DNA of 64,000 bases, taken from Tubiluchus corallicola. Its lineage: Eukaryota > Animalia > Priapulida. Positions 24,701 to 31,560 of this stretch are shown here, in pieces. Position 1 is the stretch's first letter. The number at the start of each line of letters is the position of its first letter. The notes under the pieces are model-generated. The model was not told the DNA's origin, searched no databases, and saw only the letters and a list, made by a program, of their open reading frames with translations. Where the stretch lies: NCBI GenBank assembly GCA_030141605.1, contig JAQGDQ010000044.1, positions 434,001 to 498,000 on the forward strand, read 5' to 3'. Position numbers and translations under genes: made by a program.

Positions 24701-27700
24701 TGGAGCCAAAGCTGTCAGATGACCAGTGGATGTAAGGAAATAGTGAATCCATATCAGGCGGTTAACGGACAGTAGGACATAGCTTGAAATAGCAACAGAA
24801 AAGCTAATTAAGTTCTTCTGGACAAACTAAAGCAGCAATATACTTTTATCTGGATTTGCCCTCAGCATTTTCTTCAGTTTTTTTTACCACAGTTATGGGT
24901 TAAAACTTTATGAGCGGCTAAATGTACTATATAATTCATTCAGTTTTTGTAAATTTTCTCAAATTCACAATAGAGACAAAAACTGTCTCACCCAAGCTTG
25001 TACAAAAAAGATGGTCAATAATTTTAACATGAATTGCATAGCATTTATGTCCTCTCTCTGTAATAAAGAATTTGTTATATAAAAATGTGTTAGAATTAGA
25101 TGCTTACCCTGTGTACTAAACATGTCCAGGGTGCCAAACCTATTCGTGCACTCGAAGTGGACTAGCGAGCAAGCTGTAAAACAGCAGAAGAAATCAATTA
25201 TTGAACTTTATGTTAAATGTAATTTCGTTTTGCATTTTGCAAGGAAAGACTTAACAACCCACACATGAAGGAATTATTATTAAATTTTGGAACAAGCGTT
25301 AGCATTACAAGGCATGCTAAACAAATTGCATTGATGCAACAATGTTGCAAATTAGCATTACAAACAATCACAATACTGCAACATCAAAGAAAAAAATGAA
25401 AAAGATGCTTAATACTGGGCACAAAGTGAGTTGTCTATATTGCATATTAGAGTTAACCCAAGTTTCAAAATTTTGCTATTGATTTTAAAGAAGTGTCAAA
25501 CATGCAAACTTAGCATCAACAACAACACACGAGTTTGATAAAAAACCAATCAAAAGAAAATAATGGATCAATAGCTGAAAGCCAATAAAATTTAGTGTGC
25601 TGAGTTATATGTAGTGCAAGACTTGCCCCAATACGTATAATTCTTTCAAAACAGCAGTCGCTACCACTAACATTCAGCAAATTACGAACAGTTTGTTGAT
25701 AATTAACTTACTTTCGTCCGACGCATTTGGACAGTCGATCACTCCATCTCCCACCTTCTCCGCCGGCAGACAGGGGTTCGTGCCGGGCAGCCGGTAGCCG
25801 CAGTCAAACTGCCATTTCATACATACTGGAAAAGTGCCATTAAAACATTTTACTGTGGCTGATCAGCTTATAATTGCTATTCTTAATCAATAAAATCAGT
25901 TCTTCAAAAGAGGAAGAAGATCATTGAAAAACAAGAAATTAACAAAAGCATACAAAGTAAACACAACACATTGCAAAGCATCCTCAGTAAAATTAGCATA
26001 TTAATTAGTAAAAAACAAAAAATACTACTACTAAAAATGAGAATTTATTATAAAAAAATAACACAAAAATAATACATCCATGCTAAAATTAACCATATTA
26101 AATTTTAAAAACAAGAAACAAGAAACATTAAAATATGAAGTTAAGAATTATAGAATAAGCACAACATACTGCAATACATTCATAGGAAAATTATGCACAA
26201 TAATAAAATTTAAATACAAGATAAGGCTAAAACTGTATGCAGTTTCACAAATAGTTTTAAAAGTGTTGAAACATAAATCACAGTACAAATTACACATTAA
26301 AATTTACCAACACGTGTGTAATAAGCTATTATGTATTACTTAAAATACTCCACTCATATGTGCATATATTCTAAACACAATAAGGCACAAATGCGTATCA
26401 GCTAGTTGTTAAAATAAATTAAGGCAAAAGTTCTTTCAGTACGGCCGTTTTAACTGCCTTTGCGTCCCTTTGAATCTTAAACCTCTATCTATATTGTTAC
26501 ACAGTAATGAGCCACTATAGGAAGAATATCAATGTGTATATAAGTCTTATCGACATAAAAATACAACTACAAATCACAGCAAGTTATATCAAACAAGTTT
26601 AATGTTAATTTATGATTAAATATTTATTAATCATAATTTAATTTACGGTGTATACAAAAAATAATGCTCATCGAGCCTTGTGTTATCTTCTTGGAATATT
26701 CTCAGATGCCATAAATCCAGCTTTTCACCTCGAGACATTCATATGTGTAATTCTTTACCGAAAAATTATTTTCATGTTAACTACACTCTATTCACTTCAA
26801 GAAGTTAACAGATACTTTCTATTATTAATACAATAGTTGTGTATATTTTCTGGACCAGCATGGACATATATCCAACCTTTTCAACTATAGCATTCTAACT
26901 CTGAATGAAAACTGGCCTTGGCTGGGGAGAATTGTATAAAAAATGCCTTTCAATCAACTCTCGCTAATATGGTTATTTATATGTGCATCAGTTCATCATT
27001 TGAAAAGTTCATGGGTGCGTTTATAAACACATCAAGCATGATTATGCAAATTCATCTCGGCTACCTATATGAAATGACAATTACAGGTAATAAAATGTGA
27101 CACAGAAAAACTGTAGTTTCCCCCTAATCATAGCCACTGAGTAATTATAGACAATTCCCCTCTTTTCATCATGCATGACAACTAACGCGTTTTCTAAAGG
27201 TCGATGTACGCACGTAATGTACAGCACCCGTTGCAAAACTAAATTAAAGCTAGGCAAACACGGGAAAAATTTGACTTTAGTGTGTTAACCTCACTCCTCA
27301 AGCCAATTTTTTACTCTTTTACCGGAGTTTTAAAAGTTTTGACGTTGAATTTTTTTCACTCATTACACAGGGCTACACAATAAGACCTAACAAATATGAT
27401 ATCAACTATACAATTTTGTGTCATATTAACATTTTAAAAATGGCAAGAAGAGTTGAACCTTAGCAATGATATGTACACTGAAATGGAATTTATTGCCGAC
27501 AGGTTACGAACAAAACTGTTCATTATCAAGGCATCTAAAACAAAGAAATTTACCAGAATTTAGGAACAACATCGAAATACAATTCAGTAGTTAATAGCCA
27601 AAAGACATATAATAGAATATTATGTAAATAATTTAGCAGTTTACCTTACAGACTACATATCTTGATTAGTATCTACTAACTCTGAATTGTATGTCAATGC

Positions 27701-29341
27701 TGTTCCTAAATTCTGGTAAACTTCCTTGTTTTAGATGCCTGGATAATGAACAGTTTTGTTCGTAACCCTTCGGCAATAAATTTCATTTTAGTGTACATAT
27801 CCTTGTTAAGTTTCAACTCTTCTGGCCATTTTTATAATGTTAATATGACACAAAATTGTACAGATTATATCATATTTGTTAGGTCTTAGTTACATTAATT
27901 TGCTAAATATGGATAATTTAACAATGATAGGCGAAATACTTGCTTCTAAAATTTGTCTCTAACTTAATTGCTCTTAACTCTCAAGTGTTTCAGACTTTCA
28001 GCCACCTAGTGAGTAGAACAAACACTAATGGACACTAATGTGACTTGAAAGAAGTCTCTAACCTAATAATCTCGTAACTATCAGGGTGAAACCTTGGGTG
28101 CGGCCGTTAAAGATAAAGAGAGACAAAACATCACCCTCCGATGCATGCCAAGGACAGAAATGGCCAGAAGGTGGCACTAGTGAGAGTAAAGGATCCTATT
28201 ATTCTTAATTGTTGCCCCCTGCAGGCCTAAAACAGTGCTGAAAAACTAACAAAGTGAAGAAAGTGACACAATTGTCGCGGCATTTATTTCTTCTGTAACT
28301 CATTGAAAATCGTCTTATCTCTGTTGAGAACTTGGACTACAGAGACTACATGTGGTGAAATGAAAACACCTTATGTTATCTCGGCTTATCTAACAAATGC
28401 TGGCTCTCACTAAAGGTATACCAAATTCCGTTGCTGCGATAAAAACTTTATTAAACAATGGCATGCAAGCTTTAAACACTTTATTGAAAAATATGATATT
28501 TGGTACCATCTACACTTTACACTATAAGACTAAACTAGCACCTGTTTAAAATCAATAAATGTGTGGAATAACTTGTTAGAAAGGCTGCATAAAAATGTAA
28601 AAGAGCTGACGGTTTAGTTGACAATAATTTTGACATCTCTTGATTTTTATAAGCTGGGTCCTGACGAAACTCTGAATTCCTGATCTTGTTGTCATAACTC
28701 CTTACATCAGAGTGTTCTAATTGTGGATTATTTCAAATCAAAGGTCAGAGGACACCACAGGTGAATGGCGAAAAATGACTCAGATCCAGAAAACTGCAGT
28801 CTCATAACTAATTTACCAGCAATGGAAATCTTTTGACATTCTTCGTGAAGTGAATGAAGTTGTAATTAAAACAGAAAATCAAGTTTCTTGTGAAGAATTC
28901 CCCAGATAAGAGCCATGGGGGAAAACTAGATTTATAGACAGCCTTTCTGCATATAGAAATGTCCAGTGACAAAAGTATAAGCAGCAACAGCAGCAGCAAA
29001 ATGGGTATTACTAGAAAACTGATTAGGAACCATTCCTTGAGAGTATTTTTTTAACAATATAGGCAGTAACCAGTGACAATATTAAAAAACAGAAAATGTA
29101 CATATCACTTCTAAATATAATTACCTAGGTATACCTACTGAAATTTACAAAAGTGACAAACCTATTTAGTTTAACTTACATTCATCCGAGCCGTCCGGAC
29201 AGTCGATATAGCCGTCATGATACTTTACGGCTGGGATGCACCGGTAGGGGGCACTGCGACATGCGAACTCATCGATTCCACAGAATTGTGAATAATCAAT
29301 CACCTTAGGCCTTGGACGTGTGGAAAAACGTTGTCCAGAAA
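591..29341 (-). CDS. Large multi-exon mucin-like extracellular/cell-surface protein: LDLa-like x2-3, PTS mucin domain, EB-like, (SEA-cbEGF-EGF-EB) x5+; partial at both ends
   Basis: 32 exons with GT-AG (one GC-AG) boundaries whose lengths and phases join into one open frame of 7002 nt. The EGF ends D-x-S...PGR-x-C and SEA motif NYS-x-G-x-TDLYV recall, from memory and not a search, MUA-3/MUP-4, sea-urchin 63-kDa sperm flagellar protein and insect pawn-like proteins. Confidence 0.9.
1470..1539 (-). CDS. Exon: EGF N-half
   Basis: 70 nt, phase 1-2; CPAEYCNDNGECYINANGAPAC. Confidence 0.88.
1779..1919 (-). CDS. Exon: calcium-binding EGF, repeat 5
   Basis: 141 nt, phase 1-1; DTNECLDDAMNDCNENAVCVNLPGTYTCTCNDGFIDLDDDTPGRLC. 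Confidence 0.92.
2010..2290. repeat. (AAAC)/A-rich low-complexity tract
   Basis: Direct reading. Confidence 0.85.
2318..2573 (-). CDS. Exon: SEA-like remainder, repeat 5
   Basis: 256 nt, phase 0-1; VNNAYG...STAGVVFPVIVGVRSNFRGNVTTVVDRLWRSIIVSNYSVGSTDLYV. Confidence 0.88.
2801..2873 (-). pseudogene. Degenerate tRNA-like sequence (tRNA pseudogene or SINE head)
   Basis: 73 nt, intact B-box GGTTCAAATCC, decayed A-box, mismatched stems, followed by T6. Confidence 0.55.
3153..3280 (-). CDS. Exon: SEA-like N-part, repeat 5
   Basis: 128 nt, phase 1-0; SRIYTILVRVIRRDVVPLTYIDSYQNKQSFDYQDLTLTAEKG. Confidence 0.88.
3984..4171 (-). CDS. Exon: EGF C-half + EB-like module
   Basis: 188 nt, phase 2-1; CDRGWRGRRC...CNSDRQCSARNNEICASVRGQNICVCGPGMFRRDAGAQCR. 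Confidence 0.9.
4935..5213. repeat. 31-bp minisatellite, ~9 copies
   Basis: Unit gccatacagagcacgttcacactatcagaat. Confidence 0.9.
5214..5283 (-). CDS. Exon: EGF N-half
   Basis: 70 nt, phase 1-2; CPESYCNRHGTCFINSRERQQC. Confidence 0.88.
5721..5870 (-). CDS. Exon: calcium-binding EGF, repeat 4
   Basis: 150 nt, phase 1-1; DWNECAHPSLNSCHRNANCVNTMGSYECRCKSGYADISRRRSLAPGRVC. Confidence 0.92.
5939..6342. mobile_element. Degenerate hAT-type MITE
   Basis: Ends TAGGGATAAG / CTCACCCCTG, imperfect 8-bp TSD cagaagga/tagaaggg, subterminal TTCGAA repeats. Confidence 0.6.
6930..7330 (+). mobile_element. Non-LTR retrotransposon ORF2 C-terminal remnant (L2/RTE-X-like)
   Basis: KVAYNKCIRKLFSLPYHCSAREMTVNLAIPYFNVLLRR resembles LINE ORF2 C-termini. 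Confidence 0.6.
7431..7695 (-). CDS. Exon: SEA-like remainder, repeat 4
   Basis: 265 nt, phase 0-1; VDNAFDL...SPDGVIFNTVVAVDRAYPGSAEDVASDFAQSVIATNYSIGGTDLYV. Confidence 0.88.
8641..8768 (-). CDS. Exon: SEA-like N-part, repeat 4
   Basis: 128 nt, phase 1-0; ALVFVIMVKVVRRDLVPLNYRPIFADKTTYEYYDLTTTGTTG. Confidence 0.88.
9175..9359 (-). CDS. Exon: EGF C-half + EB-like module
   Basis: 185 nt, phase 2-1; CEAGWTGPDC...CTAHSECNTGNNEVCGTVRGYPACICAPGYFRRDNFGQCR. Confidence 0.9.
9933..10002 (-). CDS. Exon: EGF N-half
   Basis: 70 nt, phase 1-2; CPAVLCNNHGQCRINNDGERYC. Confidence 0.88.
10531..10680 (-). CDS. Exon: calcium-binding EGF, repeat 3
   Basis: 150 nt, phase 1-1; DIDECAREELNDCDDNADCINTEGSFSCVCHPEYADTSLRYGMPVGRVC. 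Confidence 0.92.
10903..11161 (-). CDS. Exon: SEA-like remainder, repeat 3 (GC donor)
   Basis: 259 nt, phase 0-1, ends TCAG|gcaagt; ...GVVFNVTVAVDGEYKGDVRDVAEILVESITSTNYSVGGTDLYV. Confidence 0.85.
11466..11593 (-). CDS. Exon: SEA-like N-part, repeat 3
   Basis: 128 nt, phase 1-0; SKIYVLLLKVVRRDLIPLDFTSTLADDTTYEYYELTNRAQTG. Confidence 0.88.
11978..12174 (-). CDS. Exon: EGF C-half + EB-like module
   Basis: 197 nt, phase 2-1; CYPGWTGQLC...CDRNSDCSATNNEICGTVAGVEDRTYCVCRPGYYRRQPGAACR. Confidence 0.9.
12437..12506 (-). CDS. Exon: EGF N-half
   Basis: 70 nt, phase 1-2; DCPPNRCSMNGECMIDRTGQRYC. Confidence 0.88.
12903..13052 (-). CDS. Exon: calcium-binding EGF, repeat 2
   Basis: 150 nt, phase 1-1; DYNECESRELNDCNENAICVNTDGGYNCVCKAGFFD...PGRIC. 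Confidence 0.92.
13175..13296 (-). CDS. Exon: SEA-like C-part, repeat 2
   Basis: 122 nt, phase 2-1; EYPDTIVDIAKELTRSIISTNYSIGNTDLYVNHVFTVNYT. Confidence 0.88.
14083..14216 (-). CDS. Exon: SEA-like middle, repeat 2
   Basis: 134 nt, phase 0-2; INNAFDISAIEPYYIGSAVLGIMNPVNIGLTPEGIVFRYLVAVD. Confidence 0.88.
14601..14728 (-). CDS. Exon: SEA-like N-part, repeat 2
   Basis: 128 nt, phase 1-0; SQKYVIMVKVVRREVTPINWRRVYADRTSPEFIDLTTIAETG. Confidence 0.88.
15657..15847 (-). CDS. Exon: EGF C-half + EB-like module
   Basis: 191 nt, phase 2-1; CFQGWTGIRC...CRRDTDCDVDNNEECRRVDGRPACVCRSGYFRRRLGESCR. Confidence 0.9.
16568..16637 (-). CDS. Exon: EGF N-half
   Basis: 70 nt, phase 1-2; DCPADYCNNNGRCIIQNGNQRRC. 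Confidence 0.88.
17144..17293 (-). CDS. Exon: calcium-binding EGF, repeat 1
   Basis: 150 nt, phase 1-1; DANECAFPGLNDCSENAECRNLPGTYECVCRRNYFDASFRVDLPPGRLC. Confidence 0.92.
17362..17397 (-). pseudogene. Truncated duplicate of cbEGF exon (stub 2)
   Basis: ctgcag|DANEFAFPKLNN..., then stop; upstream intron also resembles that of the real exon (tttgtctgtgcctgcag vs tttgtctctgcttacag). Confidence 0.75.
17645..18030 (-). mobile_element. RTE-clade LINE 3' fragment
   Basis: RNILGIKWPKKISNQDLY / frameshift / VEQWTVEIKRRRLRWIGHVMRLSDDSP...GR...DKAAW; (GAT)n-like tail. Confidence 0.85.
18101..18153 (-). pseudogene. Truncated duplicate of cbEGF exon (stub 1)
   Basis: ttacag|DADECAFPELNSMMHTN* versus real exon DANECAFPGLNDC. 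Confidence 0.75.
18245..18378 (-). CDS. Exon: SEA-like C-part, repeat 1
   Basis: 134 nt, phase 2-1; IASGYPGTMKDVAEELVRSIIGTNYSVGNTDLYVNRVVFFVNYT. Confidence 0.88.
18965..19089 (-). CDS. Exon: SEA-like middle, repeat 1
   Basis: 125 nt, phase 0-2; IDRAFERTIIAPHYIGNSVNDIINPIRIGADPSGIVFNTTV. Confidence 0.88.
19636..19763 (-). CDS. Exon: SEA-like N-part, repeat 1
   Basis: 128 nt, phase 1-0; IKVYIFFLRVIRQDLIPLRYTRVYVNKESPTYIDMSNRGQTA. Confidence 0.88.
20301..20442 (-). CDS. Exon: Cys-rich EB/EGF-like module
   Basis: 142 nt, phase 0-1; CVFDNDCRRDLNEYCLATYYPNIHGCRCRPGSSRSNPNEPC. Confidence 0.9.
20891..20970. repeat. ~21-bp tandem repeat, ~3.5 copies
   Basis: aagatcttgaaagatatagct-like unit. Confidence 0.75.
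21128..23655 (-). CDS. Exon: giant PTS (Thr/Ser/Pro/Arg) mucin domain
   Basis: 2528 nt, phase 1-0, ttttttag acceptor (DDENEP...), gtaagt donor after PPIE; lies within ORF 21074..23794; STTQRTTPSTTQSTTR repeats. Confidence 0.92.
25108..25173 (-). CDS. Exon: N-terminal half of degenerate LDLa-like module 3
   Basis: 66 nt, phase 1-1, ttttacag/gtaagc; TCSLVHFECTNRFGTLDMFSTQ. Confidence 0.75.
25712..25825 (-). CDS. Exon: LDLa-like module 2
   Basis: 114 nt, phase 1-1; CMKWQFDCGYRLPGTNPCLPAEKVGDGVIDCPNASDE. Confidence 0.9.
27381..27888. mobile_element. Foldback/MITE with ~210-bp inverted arms, TA-flanked
   Basis: 27381-~27592 is an imperfect reverse complement of ~27677-27888 (taagacctaacaaatatgatat... 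/ ...atatcatatttgttaggtctta). Confidence 0.8.
27998..28228. promoter_or_regulatory. Cluster of CTCF-like motifs
   Basis: TGGCCAGAAGGTGGCACTA (+, 28161), GGCCTGCAGGGGGCAAC (-, ~28211-28227), CTCACTAGGTGGC (-, ~28001-28013). Confidence 0.45.
29180..29341 (-). CDS. Exon: linker + LDLa-like module 1
   Basis: ttttcag acceptor, gtaagt donor, 162 nt, phase 1-1; CGIDEFACRSAPYRCIPAVKYHDGYIDCPDGSDE. Confidence 0.9.
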
Positions 29342-31194
29342 CTGAAAAAAAACAAAAATACAAGATTTTTTTTGAAAGACGAGGAAGAATAAAAGTAGCT
29401 GTTCAAATTACATTGTTTGTGCTTATATTCCAAAACCAGTGAGACAAAAAGTGTTATTTTGCACAGGGCGCAATCTGCTTAAGACAGACGGCATGCCATA
29501 TTGAGTGATACAGTCAAACAAACAACATTCTCTAGATATAGGTTTACGAATAAATGACCCAAGGCTGTGCTTATTAAAAATAACTTACTAACTTACATCA
29601 GCTACTAATAAAAAAGTAGAGTGAAGGCATGACAAATCACCTTGAGGTAAAATAGTCACTTGGGTTCTATGTACCTTGCTCGCCTACAGCTATTCTCAAA
29701 AACAGAATTAATGACAAGATTTTATAATAAAAATTTATAACTTTGAAAAATACCATATCGTTCAAACTGGTCAAGATGTCCAGAGCATTAAAAATCTATG
29801 GAAAATACTAACAAATGTGATCCTATAAAACAGCGACCTGTAATATCTATGACCTTTAATTTTTGGAAAAAGAATCATATGCATGTTCCAGTTCAAAAAT
29901 CAGAAAAACTTGTTACACCTCAAAAAACTGAATTATTTAAACAACGGCTTTCTCTACAAGCTATTAGGCGGGCTAAATTCCATTTACCATGACATATAAT
30001 AGTTTACATAAACCTGATAAAACTGAGAACAATAACAAGGTACTAAACTAAGAAAGGAACTACTAAAACATTGATTATTAGCTTTGTCACGAAAAGAAAA
30101 ACTTGTAGTGCCAAGGTCTGATAAGACAATTAAAAAATTCTCATGGAGCAAACGTCAAAGTGCGAAAAAACTATAGTGATACATTCTTATCGAATGTCCA
30201 GCATCCTAGAAAACTGATACCATGTTCTAAGGACTTCAGCAAAACAACATAAGTTCATTTTGCAACTGTCAATCAATTTAATTAGATGGGATGCAGATAA
30301 GTTAATGCCTAAATAGTACATTACAGTAACATTTTGTTTGGTAATTCAAGTTATCATACAATATTGTTTTCTGCCAGTGTTGATAATTTGGTAGAGTACA
30401 AAACAGTTCTGTCAACAGGTAGTAAGTATCTGCTGTACACACATTTTGAGTTTAATGAGATGCAGAAGCTAAAAAGCGCAAGAGAAAACAAGTGTTTAAT
30501 GTTTTTACAGCCAATACGTGCGCGTTTTTGTCGGCAGTAATCTCTGACTAGAAGTTGCTTCGAGGACAAAGACTCAAACGGCTCTTTGTATCTCTGGCCA
30601 TGGCCCTTCGCTTAGTTTTGTTACTGTCGGTGTCATTGGCATTGTGGAAAATCAGGTTCTACAGCCTGGAAGATTAAGCACCCCCCGGCAAAATCCTTAA
30701 AATGACCGAAACAAACAGAAGAATGTATCTACTGCAAATCTGTACTCAGCAAGTGACACAATAAACTGTTTTACAATGGTTACGCTACAGCTCAGAAGTA
30801 GTCTAAACTTTCTCTAAACTGAAGACAATGGACAAATACTGTTTTGTTTTATATAACCAGAGGGAGACAGTTTTGAATCTGTGACCAAAACAGCAGAAAA
30901 ACAAAATCGATGACAAAAAACCAATAACTGGCACAGCCTTGATAACACAACAGTGAAAAGTTTCCTTTATTTCAGAAACTTGTGTGAGAAACTTTTTAAG
31001 CATTTTTTTCGCACAAGTTTTGTACATCCATAACACATAAATAAATTATCGTTAACTGTAAAACGAGCAGGTAATAAAGAAAACAAAACATAAAATAAGA
31101 AGAGTCAACGTCTAAATTGTTTATGAAAACAAATCAAAGAATTGCAAATTATATCGCAACAAGTTACATGTATGATTAATACCCTATAAAGTTA

Positions 31195-31560
31195 ATAAGA
31201 ATGGGCATGATGTGACTGATAAAGCTGAAATATGAAACTTGATGAATCATCAATTTGCTTCTATTGGTCCAGAAATGGCTAAAAAAATTCCACCTGCCCA
31301 AATGAATTTCACTGCTTTTTTAACCACTCGTTATAATAGTTCCTTCTACATGAGACCAGTAACAAATATTGAAATCTTAAATGTAATAAAGGAACTAAAT
31401 ACTGGATAGGCACCTGGATCAGATGATATTCCAATAGAATTTTATAAAATAGCCAAAAACTCAATTATTTGTACAATATTTAATTAGTAAATCTATTCAA
31501 GAAGGCATATGCCCTGATTGTTTAAAAATTGCAAAAATTGTACCAATTTATAAAGCAGAT
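31195..31560 (+). mobile_element. CR1/L2-group LINE ORF2 fragment (degenerate)
   Basis: FASIGPEMAKKIP...SFYMRPVTNIEILNVIKELN.G*APGSDDIP...SIQEGICPDCLKIAKIVPIYK, a typical pre-RT segment with stops. Confidence 0.85.

Noticed and set aside
28808-28999. LLLLLLILLSL ORF as the signal peptide
   Set aside because: No ATG, derives from a short (CAG)n run, and lies downstream of the LDLa-1 exon.
30600-30677. Plus-strand MALRLVLLLSVSLALWKIRFYSLED* signal-peptide-like mini-ORF
   Set aside because: Wrong strand for the mucin gene, only 25 aa, no convincing donor or downstream exons.
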